From positions 1 to 64,000 of the IMG/VR virus record IMGVR_UViG_3300046542_000227: a stretch of 64,000 nucleotides of DNA; one strand, written 5' to 3'. Made by a program: the position numbers and the translations under genes. A model generated the notes under the pieces. That model saw nothing but the letters and a program-made list of their open reading frames with translations, did no database searches and had not been told where the DNA came from. This document shows, in pieces, positions 20,655 through 30,489 of the stretch. The first letter of the stretch is position 1. Each line of letters opens with the position of its first letter.

Positions 20655-22764
20655 ACATCACCTCCTCATTCCAATCCAGAGCATTGCCTGCAACGCTACC
20701 CCAGAACTCTACGTTAGAACGCTCATCGATAAAGACCGTGAAGCCTTTACCACAAGCGAAGTCGCCGATGGTGATATCCACCTCGTTTTCACACGCTGGC
20801 AGAGTACCGTACCAAGCAGCAGTACCGTCATCGTAGAGAATACCGCAGTGACCGTAGCAACCGCTCACACCAACAGGGCCGGTTTTAGCTGCAGCCACGT
20901 TGGTCAGCACCACACCCGAAGTACGGTTGATGGTGTAGACCTTCACGGTTTTAGCGCCAGCTTGAGTACCGAACAGAGCGAGGATGTGCGTGTCACTGAT
21001 CACCATGTCGAGCAGGGTGTCAGCAATACCAGCAGTTACCCAAGCCGCAATCACAGCGTTGAATGCGGTGACCCATGCAGCCAAGCCGTACGAGTACAGC
21101 GTACCAGCCGCGTCTTGGAACACGACCATCTCACCTGCCGCGGCGTTCTCAACGTTGCACCATACGTTCTCGCAGGTAGCATTGAGCTGAGTAGCATTCG
21201 CTGCACCTGTAGAACGGACCAGACGACCATCAGCACACTGAATGTAGATAGCGGTCTTGGTAGCGACGATCTTCTGCGCGGCGTTAGCCACGACGAAGCT
21301 GCCGCCTGTAGCGTACGAAGCGTGCGGGGTCAATGTACCAGCCACGTTGGACTTGGTAATCGAACCGTTAGCTGCGATCGACAACACGTTGTTGTTCTGG
21401 ATGATCTGACCATCCGTACCGGCGTTATGAATCGGTGGGAACGTCAGGGCAGGTAGTGCCTTCAGATGGGTTTCGTTCAGACCACCCGTCACCGCGTAGC
21501 CACCGTCACCGGCGTACAGGCTCTTCGGCTTCAGGATGTTACGCGCTTGGTTGGCTGTGTTCAGGTCAGTCACGTAGGTCGACGCAATAGCGTTGATCAA
21601 TGTGGTGCCGTCAGCGATTGCAACTGCTGCTGCGTTGAACTGGGTTTCCGCTTCGGTTTCTTGTACCACCAAGTCCATGAACTGGGTGAAGTTGTAACCA
21701 TTGAAACGGATGGCATCGCCCGAACCAGAACCTGTGATCAGGTCTTGGATCTGCTGAGTGGTCAGCGTACCGACTTGAGCCGCCGTCACGACGTGCGGGT
21801 TATCCCGACGTGCGATGAAGTTGTTGAGGGCCAATTCCAGGTTGTCCAAACGACCGGTAGGCATGGTAGCCTGGATCATCAGAGCCGTGGTGTATGGCGA
21901 CATCAATACAGTGTTGTTCAGCGGATCAGTTGCCTGAGCTGCGTTCGACAACGCCATGTTTGGAGTCAGTGCCAGACCGACCTGCGCCTTGGACACTTGG
22001 TGCGGGTTAGCCAAGTTCGCGATGTGTGTGTTCAGCGGAGTCAGGGCGAAGCTATTGATCGCCTGATACACCGTACGCGGTGTGGTGTAACCACCGGTAA
22101 AGTTCTGATCCACGGCTTGCGCCAATGTCGCCAACGGCAAGTTGACAACCGAACCCAAGCCAACCTGTGCTGCGGTCACTTGGTGAGGGTTGTTACGTGC
22201 AGCGATGTGCGATGCGCTGGAACCAGAGGCTGCAGCTTCTACAGCAGCAGCGATACCGAGGATCGCGTCCTCGATGTCATCACTACCTACCAGCTTATCC
22301 ACCGATTGGTCGTGAGCGATAGAAGGGAAGCGTGCTGGCAACCCGTCGATCTGTTCCCACGAACGCGTGATCGGGTTCAACTGTTTATTAGACAGCTCAG
22401 CCAGAATAGCGTTAGCGTTAAAGCCCCACTGCCCACCGACCGTGTGATACTTGATACGGACGTTACCAGCAATGGACTTCTTGAGCAGACGGATGGAACC
22501 GGCAATCGGACGCTTCAGCGAGTTCATCGCATCGACGAAGTAGTGACCGATAACGTAGTCGACGCCTTCAGCGTAAGGAACACCGTTGGCGTGGTTCATC
22601 AACACCAACGTTTCGACGTAGTACGGCGCCGCGTGGGGGATAATGAAGTAGTAGTCGTCCAAACCAGGAGTTTGCAGGGTCTGAACTTCGTTGGTGATCA
22701 GGTTGCTCGGATTCGAGCAATAAAGGTCCTCTTGATAAAGACCGGTACTGGAGTACGTAGACAT
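20641..22764 (-). CDS. Long tail fibre with NPH repeats and RCC1/beta-propeller-like C-terminus (start MSTYSS at 22764)
   Basis: Three NPH.V..AQVG motifs; C-terminal beta-rich repeats; AGGAG RBS. Confidence 0.75.
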   Translation of the reverse strand: MSTYSSTGLYQEDLYCSNPSNLITNEVQTLQTPGLDDYYFIIPHAAPYYVETLVLMNHANGVPYAEGVDYVIGHYFVDAMNSLKRPIAGSIRLLKKSIAGNVRIKYHTVGGQWGFNANAILAELSNKQLNPITRSWEQIDGLPARFPSIAHDQSVDKLVGSDDIEDAILGIAAAVEAAASGSSASHIAARNNPHQVTAAQVGLGSVVNLPLATLAQAVDQNFTGGYTTPRTVYQAINSFALTPLNTHIANLANPHQVSKAQVGLALTPNMALSNAAQATDPLNNTVLMSPYTTALMIQATMPTGRLDNLELALNNFIARRDNPHVVTAAQVGTLTTQQIQDLITGSGSGDAIRFNGYNFTQFMDLVVQETEAETQFNAAAVAIADGTTLINAIASTYVTDLNTANQARNILKPKSLYAGDGGYAVTGGLNETHLKALPALTFPPIHNAGTDGQIIQNNNVLSIAANGSITKSNVAGTLTPHASYATGGSFVVANAAQKIVATKTAIYIQCADGRLVRSTGAANATQLNATCENVWCNVENAAAGEMVVFQDAAGTLYSYGLAAWVTAFNAVIAAWVTAGIADTLLDMVISDTHILALFGTQAGAKTVKVYTINRTSGVVLTNVAAAKTGPVGVSGCYGHCGILYDDGTAAWYGTLPACENEVDITIGDFACGKGFTVFIDERSNVEFWGSVAGNALDWNEEVMYEHV

Positions 22765-22876
22765 GTGGGTCTCCTGCAGTGACGACAACCCTTTCGAGAA
22801 AAATATGAGCACATAGAATTGTCGGCTAAAGATGTAACTATAATAATGATGTGGACATTTCAACGAGGAAACACTC

Positions 22877-24127
22877 ATGTACCAATTAGTGCGTGCACGT
22901 TACCGCAAGGATCGGCGTGCTGGCCGCTGGGTTGAAGCCGACTTGGCAAACGCATTGGTGGCTACGCTAGCGACGGTCTATGGTGATGTTTACCTCTACA
23001 TTACCTACCCCGGTTTGCCTACGCCTAAAGCCTTGCGCTTTGATAACACCCTCGCTCAACGTCAGGGGATTTCAGCCTCTTTGACCGTACAGGCGTGGCT
23101 GACCGGTTTGGGTAATGCGACCCTGCCATTTGAAGTAACCCCACCTAACGAAACCATCCGTTTGGTTGAGTACGCTCAAGCGTGGCATGCCGGTTACCAG
23201 ATGGAACCACGTGCTCGTAACGGTAGCACTCTGGACACTGGCAGCACCTTTGCGATGGAAGACCTGATGGTCACCCATCCTAACCCTAAGTTCACCCCTA
23301 AGCGTATCGACGACTACTGCTTGTTCTCGGTCAATGGTTTCTTCCATTTGAGCGACTACGGTACCGACGGCGTTCGGGTAGTGGACGGCAACTCTACAAT
23401 CCGTAAGTCCAACGATAACCAAGTTGGCATCATGAGCTTTGAGAACATCGGCAAGATCAAGAAAGTCCCGATCACCGAAGCAATGCTCAGCAAGCAAAAC
23501 GAGAACACCCTGTACTCGACGACTACCTACGTGACACTGCCGGTTGATGTCGACTTGACCAACAAGACGGTAGCGTTGGTGCTCGGTGGTTACCTGCATG
23601 CCTTCAGCAAGTCTTATGTCCGTACTGGTGAACGTACGTGGCGCATTGACTTGAAGAACATCCTGTTCCTCGAACGCTATATTGAAAGTGTTCGTGGCAT
23701 GGACATGTCGGCGTTGGGTCTGCGTGATGATCCAACCAACCAAACGTTGTTCTCGGTTACCGAGATGTTGTCTGACCCGACAATGGTGGCTTACCTCACC
23801 ATGTCGCAAAGCTTCTTTGTAATCATCGATTGCCCGACGATGTTCCATGAACTCACCCCACTGGAATACGCAGGCTTCCCCGGTCGTTATCTGAACCGTG
23901 ATGGCCGACAACTCCCTTGTGTGGGTGCGTACGGTCGTCAGGTCGAATACCACACCATCGAAGAACACGGCATCTTCGTGTACGTCGGCACCAACAACAT
24001 GCGCTTTGATTACACCGCCAATACCGCTAACTGGTTAAACCAGAAGCTGGTCAATGGTGGGTTAGTGCCTGAGACGCCACGTCGTCACGCTGAGGCGTAC
24101 TTGCGTCTGTTCGGTACCGAAGGTTAG
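22877..24127 (+). CDS. Conserved phiKZ-like virion structural protein
   Basis: 416-aa ORF with GAGG RBS, divergent from the fibre operon; family recalled, function not assignable. Confidence 0.55.
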   Translation: MYQLVRARYRKDRRAGRWVEADLANALVATLATVYGDVYLYITYPGLPTPKALRFDNTLAQRQGISASLTVQAWLTGLGNATLPFEVTPPNETIRLVEYAQAWHAGYQMEPRARNGSTLDTGSTFAMEDLMVTHPNPKFTPKRIDDYCLFSVNGFFHLSDYGTDGVRVVDGNSTIRKSNDNQVGIMSFENIGKIKKVPITEAMLSKQNENTLYSTTTYVTLPVDVDLTNKTVALVLGGYLHAFSKSYVRTGERTWRIDLKNILFLERYIESVRGMDMSALGLRDDPTNQTLFSVTEMLSDPTMVAYLTMSQSFFVIIDCPTMFHELTPLEYAGFPGRYLNRDGRQLPCVGAYGRQVEYHTIEEHGIFVYVGTNNMRFDYTANTANWLNQKLVNGGLVPETPRRHAEAYLRLFGTEG

Positions 24128-24134
24128 TCCAACA

Positions 24135-24173
24135 CGGCATAAAGCCCCTCCCAGCGCGGGAGGGGCCTATGTC
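24135..24173. terminator. Bidirectional terminator, TTTATGCCG family
   Basis: CGGCATAAA-GCCCCTCCC-AGCGC-GGGAGGGGC-CTATGTC between convergent genes. Confidence 0.85.
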
Positions 24174-24176
24174 CGG

Positions 24177-24881
24177 CTATACCGGTCGGAAGATACTGAA
24201 GTGGGAAGCGTCAATAAAGTGGATCAGCATGTAGTCGGTAAACCACAGCTTGAACTTTTGCACTTCGTCTTGCTTATCTTCAATCGTCATCTTCGTGACG
24301 TCATGTTCAAACAGGCGCGGTACGACCAAGTTAAAGCCTTGAGCGCGCCGTGCAATCAACCCCGACAGATGGAGTTTAATCCAACCGTTGAAGTCGTACA
24401 TGAAACCACCGGCGTAGTTATCCAACAGGTAGTCTGGTGTGACCATAGCTGGAGGTCTGGAGATAAACATGATGCGTGGGGTAAAGCCTAGACGATAGTT
24501 GAACAGACGGACAAACATCTCCATCTCTTCATCATCAAAGCTAAACGGCCACACGTTCACGTCTATCGCAATCTCCCGGTTAGGACGACCATCGATAATG
24601 GCGATCTCATTCTCAGCGATCATCTTCATCAATGGTGCGATGATGCCGGTCATCACCGAAGACTGTAGGATGTCTTTAGTGCGTTTGTCGTAAGCTTCCT
24701 TAAAGGCAGCCTCCGTTACACGCCCTACGGTAATCTGACTCCAGCGATCAGATTCACGCAGCCAGTAGTCGTCAGTGCGCAGTAGGTCTTTGGCTACCTG
24801 AGGATAGATCGAAGCCATGACCGACATACGCAGATCGAAAATAGATTCGATGTCGATGTAAAGCTTAGACACATCATCCAT
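24177..24881 (-). CDS. Conserved hypothetical protein, possibly degenerate HAD-like fold
   Basis: N-terminal KLYIDIESIFD resembles a HAD motif I position but lacks the canonical DxD. Confidence 0.4.
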   Translation of the reverse strand: MDDVSKLYIDIESIFDLRMSVMASIYPQVAKDLLRTDDYWLRESDRWSQITVGRVTEAAFKEAYDKRTKDILQSSVMTGIIAPLMKMIAENEIAIIDGRPNREIAIDVNVWPFSFDDEEMEMFVRLFNYRLGFTPRIMFISRPPAMVTPDYLLDNYAGGFMYDFNGWIKLHLSGLIARRAQGFNLVVPRLFEHDVTKMTIEDKQDEVQKFKLWFTDYMLIHFIDASHFSIFRPV

Positions 24882-25351
24882 TAGCGTTCTACCATAGTCC
24901 AGAGGTCACGGAACAACACCACCGACATCAGGCCGATCAGCCCAGGGACTTGCTCGACGTTAAACATCGTGTCAGCCTGTACCGCTTGCGTGGTGTCAGC
25001 GAAGTCTTTGTCGACGATCTTGGCGTTCATTGGCGTGGTCAAGAACATCCGGTTGATCATCTTGACGAAAGCTTCGTCCAGCTCTTCCATCTGCAGTGCG
25101 GCCAGTGCCATACGCTCGAACTTGATCAGGATCACGTGGACCTTAGGGTCTTGACGGATCTCATCCCACAACCCAGTACGGATCACGGTAGCATTGGCGT
25201 TGTACCAGTTGTGCTCCGCCGATACTTTGTCAGCGATGTTCACGACATCGGCCATGATCTGTTTACCAGATTCAGCGGTGAACGCCTTGAGGAAGTTCAT
25301 CACACACATGGCGTACTGCTTACGGCACAGATCAATACGAGACTCAATCAT
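24881..25351 (-). CDS. Hypothetical protein
   Basis: 156-aa ORF translationally coupled to the next gene. Confidence 0.55.
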   Translation of the reverse strand: MIESRIDLCRKQYAMCVMNFLKAFTAESGKQIMADVVNIADKVSAEHNWYNANATVIRTGLWDEIRQDPKVHVILIKFERMALAALQMEELDEAFVKMINRMFLTTPMNAKIVDKDFADTTQAVQADTMFNVEQVPGLIGLMSVVLFRDLWTMVER

Positions 25352-25375
25352 AACGGTTCCTTGGTTGGGGTGTGG

Positions 25376-26071
25376 TTAGCTCGCAGTCGCGCGAGTCTTG
25401 ACCAGCAGGTTGTTCTGGATGTGCATAGCGGTGAGGATTACGCTCAGGCTCTCAGTGGCCTTTACCGCCGACGGGATATTGGCCATGATCGAATCCAGCG
25501 ACACACTGCCGGTTTCAAAGATAGCCTTGTTCATAGCAGCGTAAGACTTGGCATCACCTGCACGGAACTTAACCAGCTCCAGCAGCATCTTGTCCAAACC
25601 TTTCGAGAGGTTTACTTGGATCTCTGGGTAAGACATCCGCGAACCTTTCGATACACCTGTAGCTTGACCGGTGAGTTGGTCGACTACGTCATCGTTACCC
25701 GGTACAGACATCTTCGATTCGAGTGTCTGTGCTTGCCGACGGAACGGTACCAGACCCACTAGGTATTTCGCAGGGGTCTTACGCAGCATCCCAGTGTCTT
25801 GGTCAGTCAGGTAAAGATGTTGGAACAGACTGTGGCCGAGTTCTTCGGCTACTTCGATGTTGTTGGCGAGGCTGAGCTTACCGCCCACCATGTTCGCTTT
25901 GAACAAGGCAAGGATCTCTTCGCCATTAGCCAGACGTTCCATCCACGTATCGAACTCATCATCCGACGTCCGCTGGAGGATCTCTTCGTAAATCTTGACG
26001 TTCTCACCGTCCGGCAATAGACGGTTGATGAAATACAACAACTCTTGTTCGGCCTGCTTACGCATGGACAT
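25376..26071 (-). CDS. rpoB: Virion RNA polymerase beta C-terminal subunit (phiKZ gp149-like)
   Basis: LTGQATGVSKGSRMSYPEIQV aligns with the beta TQQP..G....GGQRFGEME region; split RNAPs are established for this family. Confidence 0.7.
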   Translation of the reverse strand: MSMRKQAEQELLYFINRLLPDGENVKIYEEILQRTSDDEFDTWMERLANGEEILALFKANMVGGKLSLANNIEVAEELGHSLFQHLYLTDQDTGMLRKTPAKYLVGLVPFRRQAQTLESKMSVPGNDDVVDQLTGQATGVSKGSRMSYPEIQVNLSKGLDKMLLELVKFRAGDAKSYAAMNKAIFETGSVSLDSIMANIPSAVKATESLSVILTAMHIQNNLLVKTRATAS

Positions 26072-26133
26072 GATAAGTCCCCGGTTAAAAATGGATCAAC
26101 ATATCATTCCTTTTCCAGTTAAAAGTTGCGAGA

Positions 26134-26164
26134 CGGCATAAAGGAAGGCACCGCAGTACCTTCC
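26134..26164 (-). terminator. Intrinsic terminator with TTTATGCCG tail
   Basis: Minus strand GAAGGTAC-TGCG-GTGCCTTC-CTTTATGCCG. Confidence 0.65.
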
Positions 26165-26200
26165 TCTAAGGGGGAACTACATATGGCCACAGAGAAACCA

Positions 26201-26563
26201 TTAATGCGCTGCTGCCATCGCAAAGCCAGCACGCTGCGCCAACGTGGTCAGGTCGTTGTAATACGAACCGATCCGAGTGTTGGTGTTTTGTGGGAAGCGA
26301 TTGAGCATTAGGAACGGGAGGATGTTGCCCACGAAGCTTTGAGCCCATTCACTGAAGTCGCTGGTATCAACCAGCTGGATACGCATGTTAAACGTATCGA
26401 CGTTTTGGTACTGAGCCAAGGTCTGGTGGAAGAACGCGTTAAGTTCACGAATGGAACGGATCTCACGCGGGCAACGGTGGATGAAGTCTTCTGCCAGTTC
26501 TACGTCACGAGAACGGATCAGGTAGAAGGCCTGGGCGAGAACGCTAGTTTTTGGGCTTGCCAT
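26201..26563 (-). CDS. Hypothetical protein (start MASPK at 26563)
   Basis: GAGG RBS; 120 aa. Confidence 0.55.
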   Translation of the reverse strand: MASPKTSVLAQAFYLIRSRDVELAEDFIHRCPREIRSIRELNAFFHQTLAQYQNVDTFNMRIQLVDTSDFSEWAQSFVGNILPFLMLNRFPQNTNTRIGSYYNDLTTLAQRAGFAMAAAH

Positions 26564-26631
26564 ATGGGTATTCCTCGAATAGTTTTCAAACGGGTGCACA
26601 GTGCCATGCTCAATCCCTGTTGGTGTTATTA

Positions 26632-26985
26632 TTAACCGATTTCGGCTATGTAATTGACAGTCGTTATTCGGCCTAGGTACTCCGCGAGCAAATGTCGGTG
26701 ACAAAACTTACCTCGCGCACAATAGCAGCCTAGTGCCACTTTTTCTAGACGCAGCAGAGAAGCCCAGAAATTTGGGTTAACCCGGCGGCTATAGTCCAGT
26801 ATGTCATGGTACAGGGCAGTATATTTTTCCTCAGACATTGAACCGTCTTTACTGCCTAGAACCATCTCCCATGTTGGAGCGACTTGGGCGTAGCCACTCT
26901 TAACAGTGGTATCCAAAAGCAGGATACCACTGTCGAGTGCTTTAACTACACGCCACTTTGCGATCTGGTACGTGTAGACGTCCAT
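26632..26985 (-). CDS. DUF488-like protein with CxC...CHR motif
   Basis: APTWEMV, VALGCYC...FCHRHLL pattern. Confidence 0.55.
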   Translation of the reverse strand: MDVYTYQIAKWRVVKALDSGILLLDTTVKSGYAQVAPTWEMVLGSKDGSMSEEKYTALYHDILDYSRRVNPNFWASLLRLEKVALGCYCARGKFCHRHLLAEYLGRITTVNYIAEIG

Positions 26986-26992
26986 GACTGCC

Positions 26993-27403
26993 TCAAGTAA
27001 GCATACGTGCGGTGGGCTTCTTCAATCGGCTCAGTAGCGCAAGGATTGCCGCTTTCTGTTCCATCATGAATTCGTAGTGACAGGCCGGTGGGTGATCGTC
27101 CCCACCGGGTTTATGCGCGGCTTGCCATTTAGCATCGTCCGGATGGATAATACCGTCAATGTCACCGAAGATCAAGAAGCGAAACTCATCACCCTTCTTC
27201 ATACAACGGATCCGAGCAGCACCACGAGAATGACCGATATAAAGATCGGCCTTCGGTGGACACGTATAGTCAGCACCAGGGTCACGCACTACAGTACTGA
27301 CCCCGTTCTTTTTGAGGAAGGCCTCAATGTCGTTGTAGTAGTCAATCGCCAGTTGGTTACCGGCGATGTACTTTGGGTTGCCTTCAATAATGACGGCACG
27401 CAT
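26993..27403 (-). CDS. Minimal alpha/beta-hydrolase-like protein
   Basis: YIGHSRG nucleophile elbow (GxSxG); start coupled to the uvsX stop. Confidence 0.55.
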   Translation of the reverse strand: MRAVIIEGNPKYIAGNQLAIDYYNDIEAFLKKNGVSTVVRDPGADYTCPPKADLYIGHSRGAARIRCMKKGDEFRFLIFGDIDGIIHPDDAKWQAAHKPGGDDHPPACHYEFMMEQKAAILALLSRLKKPTARMLT

Positions 27404-27404
27404 G

Positions 27405-28892
27405 TTAAGCAGCCAGCGGCATCGAAACAGGCAGGACCTTCGCACCGGAAGCAGCCTTGGCAGCGTTCAACTGCATCGCAGCAGCCTTGAGCGTTGCTTG
27501 CTGTTCTTTCGGCAACCAGTACGGCACGTACAGACCCTTACGCATGCGCAGCAGGTCCATGGTGGACAGGAACGGGTTCTTGTGCATGTGCTCTTCTTCT
27601 TCGAAGACCCAGAAGCCACGGGTGTTCAGCAGAACGTCCCAGTCATAGCCGATGGCCTTGAGGTCCGCATACAATTCGCCTGGTGTGGTGAACACCTGCT
27701 CTTCGTCGGTACGGTGGAACTGGATCAGCTGGAGCATCTCCGATTGGATCTCGGTCGCCCGGCGCAGTTTCGAGTCAGCGTTAAGCTTGGCACGCACGGT
27801 GGTACGGGACAGGCCGGTGTCTGGTACGAGTTCGAGGAAGTAGTTGAGGTTGTTACCACCGATACCGAAACCGTTTTCACGGCAGTAGTGGAACTCGGTC
27901 AAGCTAGGCAGGTAACCTTCGGTTTGCGACATGATCAACGGCATGACCATACCGGTGATACCACCCTTGCCACGCAGGTTCTGGATTTCCAGCAGCTTGA
28001 GGTCGGCGTCGCCTTCCATTGCTGTCTTGTTGTCCAGTGGGTACTGCGGCATCTTCTCTTTGTTCACGAGCGGTTTGTTGCTCATGATGTCCCACACGTT
28101 GTGCGGCATCGAGTAGAAGCCTGGACCTACACCTTTAATGACGGTGTCGCGCTTCATGTGGCTGAGGTTACGCTTGTCGGTTGGGTACATCTCCATGTTG
28201 ATGATGTCGCCGACATGCGCGGTGAGGATGATGTACGAGCCGGTTTGGCTGACGATAGTAGGCAGCTGGTTGAACAGCTGGGTCTTCGCCTTGCCGCTGG
28301 TCATGGCATCGGTGTTGTTCTTGCTGTCACCGATCTTGTTCTTGTCGTACATGTCCTGCACTTCTTTGATCTGGAACTTCGAGAAGCTGTCGATCAGAAG
28401 CGAGGTAGGCACGTAAGCCTTGCGTTGCTCACCGTCCTTGTCCAAGAACGGAGTGGTGTAGGTGTGCTTCTTCGGATCTTTGGTCTTGTCGTAAACCACG
28501 TCACGGAAGAGCTTCATCAACACGTCGCCGGTGTAACGCGATAGGTCGGTGAAAGTGAAGAGATCGTCTTCTTCCCAGTTGATGCCTTTGAGCTCGTCAT
28601 AGGCCGCAGCGATGGTCTGGAAACGAACGATAGGGGACAGGGTACCCTCGGTGTCGTAAATCAAACCAGCAGCCGTCTGGAACGCACGGCGCATCATCGC
28701 CTGCATGAAGATCGCCAGAGCGGTCTTGAAGTTGTTAGGACGGGACGCGATGCCGGTCAGAGGACCGACGCCACCGTTGAAGATGGACTCGCCATGACGC
28801 CCACGTTCATAATGGCCTGTTGGAATATCCAACATACCGCCCACGTTCAGGGACGGGCGAAACAGAGGTTTATCGATTACTTTGCCGAACAT
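27405..28892 (-). CDS. uvsX: UvsX/RecA-like recombinase (phiKZ gp152-like)
   Basis: GIASRPNNFKT P-loop variant, YDTEGT, LLIDSFS Walker B, YIILTAHV. Confidence 0.7.
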   Translation of the reverse strand: MFGKVIDKPLFRPSLNVGGMLDIPTGHYERGRHGESIFNGGVGPLTGIASRPNNFKTALAIFMQAMMRRAFQTAAGLIYDTEGTLSPIVRFQTIAAAYDELKGINWEEDDLFTFTDLSRYTGDVLMKLFRDVVYDKTKDPKKHTYTTPFLDKDGEQRKAYVPTSLLIDSFSKFQIKEVQDMYDKNKIGDSKNNTDAMTSGKAKTQLFNQLPTIVSQTGSYIILTAHVGDIINMEMYPTDKRNLSHMKRDTVIKGVGPGFYSMPHNVWDIMSNKPLVNKEKMPQYPLDNKTAMEGDADLKLLEIQNLRGKGGITGMVMPLIMSQTEGYLPSLTEFHYCRENGFGIGGNNLNYFLELVPDTGLSRTTVRAKLNADSKLRRATEIQSEMLQLIQFHRTDEEQVFTTPGELYADLKAIGYDWDVLLNTRGFWVFEEEEHMHKNPFLSTMDLLRMRKGLYVPYWLPKEQQATLKAAAMQLNAAKAASGAKVLPVSMPLAA

Positions 28893-28955
28893 GCAGTGGT
28901 CCTTACCTGGGTAGTGGTCAAGCTAACACCTAATAAACACGTGGCGTAGAAAGTT

Positions 28956-28986
28956 CTTGACTGGAATTAATTTGAGAACTATATTG
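28956..28986 (+). promoter_or_regulatory. Early-type promoter (copy 1)
   Basis: CTTGACTGGAATTAATTTGAGAACTATATTG; 22/23 identical core with the copy at 45744. Confidence 0.75.
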
Positions 28987-29043
28987 TCAGTGTGATTAGG
29001 CAAACTAATCACCACTCTAACCTTTCCTCCTAAGGAAAAACAT

Positions 29044-29469
29044 ATGTTTAAGTTTCACGAGTTTGTGCTGCTGGATTCGAACAACGCTGTTGAACTCAGC
29101 GATGTGAACGATCAGCTCTGGGTTAAAGAGTCGAAAGTAATTTCGGCTGCTACCAAGTCCGGCACGCGTACGATGAGTCACTGGCGTAAACGTGATATCG
29201 AAAACGATCTCACTGGCGATGCCCGTCTGACCTACGATGCACTGATTCAGGCTGAGTGTGGTTCTACTGCACCGGATGCTGAATACGAGTTCACCCATGA
29301 AGATGTGGTGCACCGTCTGCAGAAGTATCCAACCCACATGGTCTACCACGTCAAGGTTCCTAAGCTGCAACTGGAACGTGTGGTGATTGCTAAAGATGAA
29401 GACGCTATGGTTAACCATAGCTACGGCATCGGTGGGTTGTACTACCGACTGGTCACTGACCTGTCGTAA
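29044..29469 (+). CDS. Early hypothetical protein in its own transcription unit
   Basis: AAGGA RBS; flanked by an early-type promoter and a UUCG terminator. Confidence 0.65.
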   Translation: MFKFHEFVLLDSNNAVELSDVNDQLWVKESKVISAATKSGTRTMSHWRKRDIENDLTGDARLTYDALIQAECGSTAPDAEYEFTHEDVVHRLQKYPTHMVYHVKVPKLQLERVVIAKDEDAMVNHSYGIGGLYYRLVTDLS

Positions 29470-29476
29470 TTAGATT

Positions 29477-29505
29477 GGGAGCCTTCGGGCTCCCTTTCTT
29501 TTTTC
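29477..29505 (+). terminator. Canonical intrinsic terminator
   Basis: GGGAGCC-TTCG-GGCTCCC-TTTCTTTTTT. Confidence 0.9.
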
Positions 29506-29558
29506 TTTTGCTTTCGTCATCCTATGAACTGAGCCAACACCGTCAAGGGATATACACC

Positions 29559-30449
29559 ATGTCGCTACTCCAAGAATACACCCCACAACCGGAAGTCGAA
29601 GAACCGGTAGCAGTAGAAGCTGAACCTAACGGGCTCGGTGACCTGCTCGAACTCTTCGAAACCGTTTCCGAAGAAGCCTTTACTGTTGGCGATGTCAACT
29701 CTTGGCTCCAACGTAAAGCGGCCAAGATCTCCGCCACCGTACGTGACAACTTCCGTACGCTGACCACCTTCAACTTCAAACGCCCTGAAGTGATCAACGT
29801 GCAACCGCTGGCGCGTAGCCTCGGCACGCGTGATTATACCGATCTGGTTGGTCTTGACGTCTACGTCCCTGTGGGCTTCCAGAACGAGCTGCTCGGTTAC
29901 GCCACTACACTGACCTCGGTTTCCCAACCATTGGCCGCTGGCGCGCTGACAGACGTCCTCCTGCCTGCACAGAAGTGTGTTGGCTACTACATCAACAACA
30001 CCGGTGAAGCAAACGAGACCCGTGAGTTGATTTGCAAGCCAAAAACCACCACTGGCGACATCGCCAAAGTGGTCCAGGCTGAATCGGCGTACTTCATTGC
30101 CGGTAACCACCGTGCGACTGCTCCGCTGGGCGATGTGTTCGAGAACAAGAACGCGATCATTACCACGGCTGACATGCTGAACAAGATCAACCACTCGCTG
30201 TGGCAGCAAGTGCCTCCTGAAAAGATCCAGGCTGAAGTTGAGAAGCTGTCCAAGCTATCCACCACGCTGCTGGGCCTGCTGGAAAACAACAGCGACAATA
30301 CCAGCGCCGTGTTCGTTAAGAGCATCGTCGGTCAACTGGTAGAAGTCGGTCGTTTCATCGAGTGGTATGCTACTCTGATGACTCGCTTGGGTGACTTCAC
30401 TTCAGCGATGAAGCTGAATGAGAAGAACCTGATCGATCTACAGCAATAA
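29559..30449 (+). CDS. Head/internal virion protein with acidic propeptide
   Basis: Glu-rich N-terminus ending TVSEE|AF (S-x-E protease-type site); TATG at 29523 upstream. Confidence 0.55.
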   Translation: MSLLQEYTPQPEVEEPVAVEAEPNGLGDLLELFETVSEEAFTVGDVNSWLQRKAAKISATVRDNFRTLTTFNFKRPEVINVQPLARSLGTRDYTDLVGLDVYVPVGFQNELLGYATTLTSVSQPLAAGALTDVLLPAQKCVGYYINNTGEANETRELICKPKTTTGDIAKVVQAESAYFIAGNHRATAPLGDVFENKNAIITTADMLNKINHSLWQQVPPEKIQAEVEKLSKLSTTLLGLLENNSDNTSAVFVKSIVGQLVEVGRFIEWYATLMTRLGDFTSAMKLNEKNLIDLQQ

Positions 30450-30450
30450 G

Positions 30451-30489
30451 CGACATAGCGCCCTCCCCAGCGGGAGGGCGTTTATGCCG
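30451..30489. terminator. Bidirectional terminator, TTTATGCCG family
   Basis: CGACATAG-CGCCCTCCC-CAGC-GGGAGGGCG-TTTATGCCG between convergent genes. Confidence 0.85.
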
